64,000 nucleotides of DNA, taken from Phoronis australis. Lineage: Eukaryota; Animalia; Phoronida. The notes below the pieces were generated by a model. It saw nothing but the letters and a program-made list of their open reading frames with translations. It was not told the origin of the DNA and made no database searches. The stretch spans positions 260,878 to 324,877 of the forward strand of contig NMRA01000494.1 in NCBI GenBank assembly GCA_002633005.1, read 5' to 3'. Shown one piece after another: positions 1-11,911 of the stretch (position 1 is its first letter; each line of letters starts with the position of its first letter). Position numbers and translations under genes: made by a program.

Positions 1-396
1 GACTGCGATTAATGATGTGATCGTCAGCTTTTTGGATACTTTGCAGTCCCTGTATTCCAAATCAAAATGTCACCCGAACGATTGCACGGATAATTTTGGG
101 AAAACATAAACATGGCCATGGGTGAATGACTGGTGACATGGCCGCCATCACAGCCACAGGGCGGCCTCAAGTCTGTCATGAGTCAAGTTAGAGAATATGT
201 GGGTCTCGGTAAAATGATGAAAAAATCGACATAATTTTAATGTTTCAGTTGGCCCAGGTTGAGCAGCGTGTCAATGAAAACTTAATTCTATGCGCCAATG
301 ATGCGGGGACGCGGCCCTTAAAGTATCCGTGGATCGACATTTGAGTCCTAGTTTTTTAGTTAACACCAATGCAGTGTTGTCTCTGTCACAAGCAAA

Positions 397-425
397 GTAG
401 TGTAGTGTAGTGTAGTGTAGTGTAG
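397..425. repeat. (GTGTA)n microsatellite
   Basis: Direct run gtagtgtagtgtagtgtagtgtag. Confidence 0.9.
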
Positions 426-494
426 GCTACCAGTCTTCTATGAACCTGGTGAGTATGAGGTTTGTTCCTGAGTCTCTCATTGACTTCTGTTCAG

Positions 495-665
495 GTGCAA
501 GCGCTGGGAGCTGACCTTATGAATAGAGATGCAGCCTACATTTGTATTTGTCCAAGAACTGCAAGTTATGCTCTCGTAATTTCTAGGAGTCCATGTTCAT
601 GAATCCGTTGAAGCACACGCTGGTATGGAATGCAGTGCCAACAATATTTGATGTCCCGAATTCAC
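495..665 (+). pseudogene. Degenerate THAP zinc-finger fragment (transposase remnant)
   Basis: Translates to KLCSRNF*ESMFMNPLKHTLVWNAVPTIFDVP. This is the THAP C-x2-HF...AVPTIF signature, with His lost and an in-frame stop. Confidence 0.7.
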
Positions 666-2359
666 TAAAAATGACGATTTCAAAAAGTTCTCCAGAGATT
701 ATGTATATTACGGCTCTGGACTATACTTTTTTGTATTATCGTCTCACAAAGCAAGTGCTGTTACAACACGTGTAGAAAGGACAATTAGTCAAAATCTGGT
801 TTTCATGTTTTACTAAGGTTGATCAGATTGAAACATTTTGAATGGTTAGACTGTGATTTGGAGAGACCCAAAATGAAACTGATGGATCTTTCAGAGTCTG
901 AATGGTGGACTGAAATTTTAATAAACCCAAGGTATCTGCATCAGTTTGCTTCTCGATGACAAACACTTCTATGAGTAAATTAGTTTTCAGCTTTATTAAT
1001 GACGCATTTCTTTGGCGAAAATAGCTGTTGTTTAATAGTGAATCAATAGAGAGTTAGAAGGTTGGTCAGATTTTCTTGTTGTATTGGTATATATGCTGCC
1101 TATTTTTCTACGTTTTTGGAGATTGTGGTTAATTTAAGTCCCAGTTGTTGCTAGGTAACAGATATGATATTGTCTTCTGGCTTTAACTTACCTGAATTTT
1201 TTCCTGTTGTTGATAATAGGAACAGTGGGTATATAAAATTAAATTTTGGTCTTATCATCCAAGTCTTTTTAATTCCGAGTTTTGTTTAAATTTGTGTGGG
1301 TAGTGAATATTTTCATTGCTGTTCAGTTTCTGTTAATTTTTTATGAGTGATGATATACTCAATGTTACTACATTTTGTAAGTTGTGAGCTATTCTACAAC
1401 TTAACAACTGACTTGTAACTATTGGTGATTATAGTGGGAGAGTGGGAAGTTTACCCTGTACTGCCTTGTCTAAGAAATACTGAAATGTTCTAGAATTATA
1501 TGTAAGAGTGCATCAGAATGTATTACAATTTTGTGGTAGTGATGAATTGCTTTACTTTCTTCTTGTTACTTGTGCATGAAACAATTGTCCGCATTACTAG
1601 TATCCTGGTGCATTGGTTAGGGAACACATGCGAAATTGTTGGGTGGAGATGAAACCAGCACTGTGCTAGGAGCAAAATGTTGTCAATGGTCAGGGGAACA
1701 ACCAAATTTGTGACGACTGGAGGGGATTCATCACTCATCTGGCATACTCCATTGGTTTTTATCTGTTTAGCACTGTTCCCATTTAACTGCCCTGGGAGGG
1801 GGTCAACACCCATTTGACGCCGACCTACTTTATGCCTGGTACCCCTTTGTTGGCACCTGGGGGCAATTGCCCTCTGAGCCCCCAGGAACAATCATTCAAA
1901 TTATGTAGTCCATGGAGGAATGAACTGTTATAAGGATCGACAATTTGCCTTGTTAAGAACTCAAACATAAAACAAAACCATGACGGCTTTTGAAGGGAGC
2001 TTTAAGAGAACAAAAACACACTTTTTCATTGTTATTCGATTATAAATAGATGATAGTTTGCGTATTTCAATCATTTCCAATCACAAAGTAATTTTATTGC
2101 ACGTTGACCGTCATTAAAGTATGAATTTATAAGTGTTTACATTGTTCGGACTGCGCTCCTAAGTAAGTGTTGATTATTCACCGATTGGGGCGCCAGTGTT
2201 TCGACCGGTAACCATTGCGGCGAATGGCAAAATGGCGGTGTGAACTCTCCTATACTACTACACTCCTTGGTAGAAATGTTTCGCTGGATTTCCAGGTCAG
2301 TGGCGTTATTTATACCGGACCAAAATTAAAAAAATCAGACCACTGCTTAAATCAGGAGC

Positions 2360-2482
2360 TGCATGATACACATTCAATAGACGTGCGCAGGCAATGCACT
2401 GATCACTTGGAACCATTTTTATGGTTTATTAATATACTGTACAGTTAAACCAAGCTGAGGAGCTTGAAACCTGATTCACGGC
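2360..2482 (-). mobile_element. SINE body fragment (same family as 22830-23047)
   Basis: Clear similarity to 22833-22963 (gacgtgcgca...gcactgat.ac.tggaac.atttttatg.tttattaatata...agctgaggagct.gaaacctg). Confidence 0.65.
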
Positions 2483-3399
2483 AATTTTTGGCAGTGGGAT
2501 ATTCTTAAAAATGCTCGTAAGTTGACAACAAAGTTTGATAGCAATGCACTGCAGTTTTGTAGAAACTCTGTCATAGGTTACAGATTCGTCAAAGAGCGTA
2601 AATTTGATGAATTCTAGCTTATGATTTCACCTCATTCGGAGACCGGGTTTCAACCAATTTTGGGCTACAATGAGCGCCCCCTTCCTGAAGCGGATTTTTC
2701 CAAGCGCCCTGGCCGCTTATTAGGGCGAATACGGTAATATTTCATAAGGGCAATACTTAGTATCCTTTAGGCACGTGACCCATTTGTTACACTAGGAGTG
2801 GGATTGGCTCATTATGTACCTTACATGTGGCATGGGACTTTACAAAACTGGTTGAAAAATTTAATTTCGTCATTAACTTTCGTTTCAATGGCTTAAGTTT
2901 GGAAATGTTAGGACTTAAGGCGGAAATTTAAAAACCATTCGTCCGCTTACAAAAATTTAACATTGAAAAATAAAAACAACCTCCACACCCCTTTGGTGTT
3001 AATGTTCCATGTTTTCAAAGGAGTTGGTTGCATTTTCATAGACTACAGTCGAGAGACTTTGTGCGGCATATATTGAGTAACCTGCTGTTGAATTGCAAGT
3101 TTGACTGGTCCAGGTGGTTATTTCTGAAGTATTAATGCAATCGTTATTTATCTTAAAGGTTTTACCAGCGTTCTATTTATTTGTACACGAATGTGAATTT
3201 GTTGAAGTCGCTGATCCAAATCCTGGCCAAATGTGCGCATTCTGCTGAGATCAACCGTCTGATGAGGGCCAGCGAACAGGAAGTTCCTCGTAAGGACAGG
3301 AGTTCATGAGTCACTACCTTTGGAAGAAATTTAGCGGACGATTTTGGTCAAAAAGTTTACCAGTTTTCATCAAAACGGAGAAAAATGGATTTGTGAGGA

Positions 3400-3620
3400 C
3401 AGGATTAAGTAGTAGAGCCTCATAAAAACATTCATCTTCGAAGTGCCTTGAACAAATGTATAAAGTCTTATTGCTGAGACAACTGCCATTCACGTAGGCA
3501 CAAGAACTATATAAGCTTTTCTTCCCGCAGCCGATTATGCGGTCTTCGGATGGTATGGGACCTAATTCCTTTGCATTTCGTGGGTGTGGCCGAACAACCG
3601 GCCACACAGTAGCCGACGAG
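3400..3620 (-). pseudogene. Degenerate THAP domain fragment in a decayed DNA transposon
   Basis: ORF 3314-3607(-) contains LYICSRHFEDECF (THAP C-x2-HF motif). The upstream part is frameshifted. Confidence 0.6.
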
Positions 3621-4416
3621 GATTAGCAGACGACGTACTTGCCGAAAATTGCACCAGAAAATTTAGCCAGATGTCGCCAGTGAATAATGACGTAAGGGCT
3701 TTTGCCTAAGATCACAGATTTCGTGCATTGAATGTATACGGAGTTGGCGGTCCATATCTGACATAATTCTCGAACGATATCATACATAATTCCTTAATGC
3801 CCATTATAGTTTCATTTATGTCAAACATAACTAACGCCAACAAGTGACCATGAGCACATTACATAACAGATTTCTTTCTTAACTTTGACCTAACTCTGGT
3901 TAACTTAAGTCTAAATTTTCTCAGACTCGTTTCATTAAATTCCTTACGACCAACATTGAAATTAAGACCGAAAAAGGCCTAAGTGAAGATCTAAAGTCAA
4001 CGTGTGACGTAATACTCTTAAGGTTGGACTGTGTGTCTAAACGATCATCTAAGTGGCTACCGCTGTCATCTGTTGAGTAAAATGTCGTTGAAATTTTTCA
4101 CAATATATTGCCCCTGAACAATTTCATATTGGCTTGTCTGCTATCGGTCAGATAACAGGCAAACCGTCAGAAACCTGTTAAGACAATGCAATGCTATTTC
4201 CCTCTAATACCTGGGTCCTCTCAGATAAGCGACTGTAAGCTGAATTCTATTCAAAATCTTCCAACAAAATCCACATTTAGAGTTTCGACGTAACGATTAT
4301 TCTGAAACCGTGCTTCACGTACCACTTTGCTTTGTTACATAAATTCTCAACAGGTGACAAAATGTACAATGCACTTTATTAACTCATAGACTATAGCATT
4401 TTCCACAATTTTAGTG

Positions 4417-4977
4417 CTAGAAGACAAAAACTTGAGATTTTACGAGCACGTTAAGTTGCTTGATGTTGTGATGATGAATACCTTTCGTTCGCAATAACAC
4501 CTCATATTGAACTAACTGAACACTGTGTGTAAGAGATAAAGTCTTGTTATCACGAAGTCTTTTGCCTGATATTCTTTTATACATGTCACTATATACTTTG
4601 AACTTCGGAAATGGTATAGGAAAAACAGCAAATTTCACCTTCTGGTATCAAACAAGTTTGCTGATATGCGCATGTAAAACCTTCCTGCCCATCACATGTA
4701 GTTACCACCAATCAGATTGCACATCCTGACGTGGGCATTGACTATATAATAATAAATTTGTCAAGGAATTACAATTGTGAGATATCCACCCAAATAGAAA
4801 CGTTCCTAACTTGCAGTATATTTTAGGTCAGCATATGTCAAATCGGCTTATTTTGATTCCCATTGGGCTGATTCTTTGTGTCATACCAGTTGGTGTAGTT
4901 TAACTGTGTCGTGTCAGACAACCTCCAGGCGCCCTCTCTCGTTTTGTCAGAGAGACCAATCCAAATTAAATGAATCA
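4417..4977 (-). pseudogene. C-type lectin (+ PAN-like remnant) pseudo-exon
   Basis: Acceptor tttaatttcag precedes 4977. Reads IWIGLSDKTREGAWRLSDTTQLNYTNWYDTKNQPNG (CTL WIGL...YTNW...QP motif), then a stop/insertion, then TTCDGQEGFTCAY (CTL terminal C...FxC) and YKRISGKRL (PAN-like start). AATAAA on - at 4375-4380. Confidence 0.75.
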
Positions 4978-7900
4978 CTGAAATTAAATGCAGAATTTTC
5001 ACGTATTCAGAATTTAAAAAAGTTACTGACGCTAGAAAAATGCAATGACAGCAATCTGACAACAAGAAACCAAAATCTATCTGGAAAGTATTTCATAAAT
5101 TCAATTAGAAATGATTTTTGTAAGCCGTGTAAATTTTAAAAGTTTTGCTTGAAATGCCTCTACATGTAAGTAGAGTGTAATAAAATCATCAACGATAAGT
5201 CAAAACTCCCTTAGGTGTTTCGAAAGTAACGCAAGCTTAATGAAATTTAGTAATCCATAAGGGTTTGTGTACAGGTCATTCGAATCTTGAGGACTACTGT
5301 CGCCTGTAAACAACTGCTGGTACTGTGTATTATCATCCAGTTTCACCTGCATTATCACATCAAGCAAAATAAGAAATAAGCGACATCAAATGGAATCGTG
5401 TTTAACATAAACTTTAAACTTAACCGAAAAACCCCATATTGCCAACAGTGTAAGCATGGAACTCAATCTAAAATTAATCTGAACGCTCTCAGCGAACTCT
5501 TGTCTGTCTAATTCTGTTGGGTGTTCATTTCGAGGAAGCATGAATATGGTAACATAGAATTCAGGTTATTATGACTTCAGAAGTAGACGTCATGTATCCG
5601 TGGTCATAATTTTAACAACATCCTTTATCTATTGTGTTAACGTCTGATATGCGTTCACTAGTTCATGAACCCACCTTATGCTTCTACCACCCAACAACCT
5701 GTTCACATACTCTTGGTTCTCTTACGAATCAACACTAACCAGATAACCGCCATTTTGATTGCAGTCAAATTAAGCAGACGACCATTGTTTCTGCAAAAAA
5801 GACGCTCAATTCTGAGACGTCTGACGTTTGTCCTTTCAAAAACCTTCTTCAGTCAACATGTACCTTGAATAGCACTTGACTTAGGTCATTTATAAACTGG
5901 GTACGAAGTAGCACGAGATCCCATGATTTTGAACAAGGTCTGGCTGATCATACCTCAGGTCATACAATGACCTGAAATTTCGTCGGTCTGATATCAATTT
6001 TTCCCGACATAGAAGATGACTTCTAAATTAATTAGAGATCAAGATAAAACCAAGTCGATGAATACAAATGTGATTTAGGTGAGAATAATTCATTTCGTTC
6101 AGAACTACATACATGTATAACAACTTTAATCTGTATTTTTGATGCTTCAGTTCAAAGAACCTACCGTGGATTGCTTTAGTATGTAGCATCTATCCTCCCA
6201 TTTATTCCATCCATGGAGTAAAGTTATATTAGCGGATATAGGTTGCTTCGAAGGAAAATAATCACGCGTTTTAAGTGGAACATACATGTAATTCGTGCAA
6301 GCATACCATGCTAGGTCTAATTTTACCCGAAGTGGGGCTGTGTACATCAGGAATGCGGCCCCTAAAACCTTTTCATATCGCAATCCACCACCGTGATTGT
6401 CAACTAGCTGTTGACGTCATTATACGTATTTTAAAATAATTCCCTATTGCTTTGGGGTTTGAGGACAAAGCCAAAGATTTGATTTCTTACATAAGTTGCT
6501 TGAACTATTTCCATATGTTTACATTAAAGCGAATGATTCAAAATAGTGCATCAGTTATCGGATAATCATAGTCCAGCACCACATAACCAGAGTCCTGTAC
6601 CACATCATCATACATTTTTTTACCATGAACTCTTACAGATTTTGGTAGGAATCATATATCTTAAAGAGCATAAACTCATGCTTACGAACCACAGAAATAT
6701 AAATGTTCCAATAAACACCATATTAATTATAAGTAATTCATACTTGTACTTTTAAAGAACAAGTTTCGCGGGTCGATTTCTGCGGATTGTATAAGCACCT
6801 TGTATATTTCGTACTGCGATGTTACCGTTATCATTGCAGATTTCACGACAGATTCTAGACAAAATCTCGACAAGTCATGAGTGTGACTGCACGCAGTTTG
6901 TTGAAATTGTGACAACTTGCCGTTGTTTTAAAAGTCCTTTTAAATATATGACACGCGCTTGAGCAAAAAAATTGACTCAAGCCAGTGTTTTAGGGCATGT
7001 CGTAACCAGCTAGAACTCACATACATGTATGTAGTATACAGTGTAGTTCAAGACATGCAGTTACAACCATGAAGTCTCTGATTGTCCCTGTTTTTCAGAA
7101 ATCTCACTCTGATTAGTCATACAACCTGACAACCAGCTTCAGAGCTGTAAGTGGTCTAAAACAAAAGTTAAATTTGTAGTGGAAGGCCTGTTGGGTTTAT
7201 GACCACGTATGATTTGAATAGTCTTTCCTAGCTTGTTTTTTTAAAAGTACTTGCATTCCAATGAGTACTGCTATGTTACTTACATTGTATTTCAACAGGA
7301 AAATTGGTTGCATGGAAGGCATATGAGATCGGAGAGGGGATGGTTTTGGAGAATCCTGCTTAATGCCCTGCTGCATTCTCACTGAGACCCTTCACCAGTT
7401 CCTGCAATCGAAAGACAAAGATGTTCTTGTGTCCCGAAGATGGGTGTAATAGCACTTTGGCCACTCGAAAGAGCTAGAGCAGCATGTTAGCATGGGCTGG
7501 AATGATAAACAGCCAAAAACGCCTGAAGATCGTGGCTATTATGTTGTGCGGAGAAAGTGTGCTGCCAAAGTCACTGGTGATGAAACAGGAAATGAAGTTC
7601 ATGATCTTACAGCATGGTCGTTGAAGTCAATTTGACATCAAAAATCCATAAGTTTGGCATTAATACTTTATAACTTTTGATATGCATTCCAGTCACTAAC
7701 TGTTCCCAATTGACGCAATAGTCAACATGGAAATGTGCTGCATGATGTTCTATATTACATCCCAACAAAAAGTGGAACATGCTACGCAACAGCGTATGTA
7801 TTTGTGGCTTGGGAATTCCACCAAATTTAGGCTGGATTTTTGACGTGGAGTAATGTATCAATCAGACTTATTGAACAGCACGACTCTCTGAACACAACAT

Positions 7901-8484
7901 CTGGATTTGTTAGCTCATTTTGTGAATTCACAAAACATGGCTCACCCATCTAAAAGCCATGGGTCCTAGTCTTGCATCCACTAAGAAAAAAGCTCATGGA
8001 CTGCAAACCCAACTTGGGTACTTATAAACACTTCTCATCCACCCTTCCATGTTTCATAGTCACAGGAGTTTTTGAGCTGTGATTTTTGTGTGTGAACGCA
8101 ATTCGCTGTGTAAGTGTTGTTCACGGGTGTTTGACCATTGCTGTTCAGGTGGACTGCCAATGGACTTGGTATTTTGTACTATCGTATTGAATTTTGCTGC
8201 TGCTAATTATATTCATTTGAGCGTAATATAATGACCTCATTGCTTATTATTTTTTCATATCGTTTCCGACTGAACAAAGTGATCCAACAGCACCTAAAAT
8301 TAGGGTGATTGGTTGAAACCATGACAATCAGTTGATAAACTTTTCAGATCGAGGATTTCAGTATAACCTGGTTCCTAGGTATAACTGACGAGAGTTCCGT
8401 TGTTGACAAATATCGCGCCAAGTCGACAGCCAAGCAGCGACATATTCCAACGTTAAGTGTCAGGCTGGAAAGGCGGTAGTGGCT

Positions 8485-8845
8485 ATGCTTCTGGTTCAGA
8501 TGCTTCTGTTTAAAATCGACAACGCCGTTTCTGCGTTTCTCGTTCTGTTTTTTGTTAAAATCGAAGGCCATGAAATTTGTGTGGGATACTACAACGGCGC
8601 AGAGAACACTCGCGTAGAAGGCCCTAACACCACTGTTGTCCAGTACCCTGTCTGCAGCTCATTCAAATGTGCTGCAGAATGTTCTCGCGACTAATCATGC
8701 GACGCCTTCGCGTTTAATGAGTGTGGTAACCTCTGTCACAAATACTGTATTGACGACTTTTCCCCAGGATCGTTGGTGACTGCAAATGGTTGGAAGTACT
8801 ATAAGAAAGAGTCGAACAACTTTGGTAGTTGTACAACAATGCCAG
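8485..8845 (+). CDS. Exon 1 of PAN-TLDc gene: hydrophobic signal-like N-terminus + PAN/apple domain (in-frame TAA at 8692-8694)
   Basis: MLLVQMLLFKIDNAVSAFLVLFFVKIEG...VCSSFKCAAECSRD*SCDAFAFNECGNLCHKY...GWKYYKK shows PAN Cys spacing. Donor CCAG|gtaaat, phase 1. Confidence 0.75.
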
Positions 8846-10739
8846 GTAAATATTTTTTTACAATAAGTAACTCGTTAGAACTAGATGGAGCAATCTCTTT
8901 GCAGAGATCAACTTCAGATGGTGTTTTATGCGCAAACTCAGACACTGCGTCTAAAATGTATAATCAAAATAGTGCGTTTGCAGGAAGAAAATTGTTAAAC
9001 AATTTCTACTTAACATGTGGCCAGACAAATCTCAAACTATAAATGTTTCATTTTCAGTTTCTTTTAATTTACTATTGAATATCACTTTGAAGGTATGCCA
9101 ACTTCAAGTGTTTCATATAACTCAACCACACTCAGTAAATGTCATTCGGATGTAGATGTAGCTTCAAATGCAGGCGCATTAATGGATGTACATGATTATT
9201 GAACCCGTACGGCAAAACTGACATAACTGTTGACTTCAATCGCTGAATCACTAGTGAATAATTTAAACAACTATAACTCTTAAAGCACAAAACTGTCCAT
9301 TTAAAGACACTCTTTCTTGACATTTGCCAGTTACCATGCCTTTGACTGGACCAAAGCATTACGGATAAAGCACATTTTCTAGCGCCCTCAGTGGACCAGG
9401 AGCCCGTTCCAAGAAAATTGACATAACTAACTTCAAGAGAAATCTCGAATTTCAGTCAATCTGAAGATAAAATTCAGTTTTTGCACCAGCTTTAGAGTTC
9501 TTAGGTTATTAAACAAGCCTCGCTAGTGAAAAACGACTGTTTCAAATTTATGTTCGAGACATTACTTAGTGAGAACGTTTCCTAGTACAATGACGTATGC
9601 TGAAAAGATTAGTCGTTGATTTTGGAAGACTTGAATTTTTGAATAGGTTTCGTAAATGACGGGATATGATTCAGACTGCCTGTAACATGAGCAAAGGGTT
9701 TTGCGCATGCGTATTTGTAAATGCCTTAGGACCACGGACGTTAGGTCAGTTCTAAAACAAACCTTAAATTACTGACCAATGGATTTCTAATTTAGGAATT
9801 AATGAACATTCTTCCAATATCCACTGTAATTGCTTTTGCGTTTCACCACAAATATATAGATAACAATCAATCATGTTTGTTTCGAATTCTTGTTTTCATC
9901 ACCAACACAATGAAGGACGTCGTAAAATAGCTGACTGTGCGGTGATGTTTGATGGAGTGAAAAGTCAAAATCGCACACCATTTTCCCAGCTTCAAGAATT
10001 AAACGGTCATCAACAGCTTGGTGTGCAGCTCGAACGCAGACATCGAGGTTTTTTAACCAATTCACCAAAACAGAGAACAGCTAAAATAACAACTTTAATA
10101 TTAAGCAGTTGAAATAAAAGCGCTCGTGCTGTGATGCACGAGACGTGTGAGTACTGTCAGTTGTGCCAAGTCTGAAAACAGTTCACTTCGATTTCTCTAC
10201 ACACAAATGTGCCATTTTCCACAACTCATTGGACTTACAAAATAAAACTTGAGAACTGATGAAAAACAACGCGTGATTATAATTCAGGAGGTTTTATTAA
10301 GCATTCTCGTTCCGTTTTTTTCAATTAAAAGCCTCATTGAAAGAAATTTGTCCCCAAGCCAATTTCAATAAAACGCTGAACCAAAGGTGCAAATCATTAC
10401 AGAATCAAGATACTTCATACTACCAGAATACATGTATAACCAGCTCAGAATTAACAGAATAACTTTTTTCATTTTCATTACCCGCTGTACAGCAACAAAC
10501 AAGCCGCAACAGTTTAATGGTGCTGGACATTATTTTTATTCTTTACCAGTAAAACACCTAAAAAGAATATGGAATAATGTAATTGATGAAATGTTCACCT
10601 TTTAATGATGTCTCTTAATTGATCAAAGTCTTTTTTACCCTAACCACTGACAATTTAGGACACCTCCATGTGTATGCTGACCAGTTGATACATTGGCTTT
10701 GGAGTTCCTGTCACTCTCAAATGTATTGTTGTATTTCAG

Positions 10740-11249
10740 AATCCACTCTCTTGACGTCAGACCAAGTAGCTCTGTTGTCTAAGTGGTTACCAGGTAAAGT
10801 ATCTAGGCTCCTTTACCGGGCGACCAGAGACGGTATGTCAGCGTCAACGTTCCACGATAAATGTGACTTTAAAGGTGCAACCTTCTCTATCGGAAAATAT
10901 TATGGATCTAATGACACAGTTGGTGGTTATACCTCCATGTCCTGGGAGAGTTCCTCAAGTTTCAAGAGCGACACCACTGCCTTCGTATTTCGGTTGTGTG
11001 TTCAAGGATGCCTGTCAGCAAGGTACAACCATATTATGACAACGCACTATAAAGTGTTCGATACCGCAACTTTGGGTCCAACTTTTGGCTATGGTTACGA
11101 CCTATTATTCTTTTCCGGTACTGCCAGTTATGACAACACCAACAAGTACTTCTTGTCTAACGGTTACTGCAACAAACGAACATACTCCGGTGTCCTCCTC
11201 TGTGGATCAAGCGTTAAATGGACAGACGTTGAGGTTTGGAATGTCAGTG
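10740..11249 (+). CDS. Exon 2 of PAN-TLDc gene: complete TLDc domain
   Basis: Acceptor gtatttcag and donor AGTG|gtaaga, phase 1-1. LLYRATRDG...FHDKCD..G.T...GGYTS.SW...D..AFVF...GPTFG...VEVW matches the TLDc signature. Open throughout. Confidence 0.9.
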
Positions 11250-11911
11250 GTAAGACTCGCTCTTCTCTTGGAACTGAATCAATCATTGAGACCACTGTCT
11301 ATCACGGGATGTGCACACAGATTCTCACTTTTCTTTGTTTGCAGAAAAACGAGTTTTTGAAACAGTTCTATGGTTAATAATTACCGTAGTTTCAGTGTCA
11401 GATACTTTCACACACTCAAAAGTACGCATACCGAATACAAATGATTCAAACCGATGTTGTAATTGCGTGATGCTTTTCTCTTATGGTCAGAAATGCATGG
11501 GTTTTCCGCCAGCTATTTATTGGCTAAATGTGGGTGATCGATTGGATAAAATATCTTACGGCATTGTTTAGTGATATCACGTTCTGTTTCCGTGAGCTTA
11601 GTGACACACGCTGTTTCCCGTCATATATTTTACAAGTTACTAAGTTGTCTGTGATGTTCCGGAATGTCCACGAGGCGACAAACTTCACATAATGCTAAGA
11701 TGAAAAACAACGGCAGCGCTGAGTGGGAAATTCATTAAATTACAGCATGCCGGTAGTACTGAGTAAAGACCAGAAGTACTGACAATAGTCACGAGTGAAA
11801 GCTTGTGAATTTACGTCTTTCGCATATTCGTGGTAGGAAATTTTGCTAAGACGTAAAACTCTAGCCCTATTTATGTCACAGTATGTAAGTAGGAGTCATG
11901 CATGACCGCGT

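Noticed and set aside
1-321. Possible TTAA-bounded transposon right end
   Set aside because: The partner end would lie outside the window, so it cannot be verified.
800-1350. Possible ancient minus-strand LINE fragment
   Set aside because: Only vague compositional resemblance, and no motif I can defend.
1523-1891. 122-aa minus-strand ORF
   Set aside because: No recognisable domain or splice structure. Probably repeat-derived.
7410-7510. CPEDGC...H zinc-finger-like remnant
   Set aside because: Short and frameshifted. Likely TE debris, family unassignable.
10619-11377. 252-aa single-exon TLDc protein as given by the ORF track
   Set aside because: The ORF begins at a non-ATG codon and its ends lie in introns. 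Splice sites bound the domain at 10740-11249.
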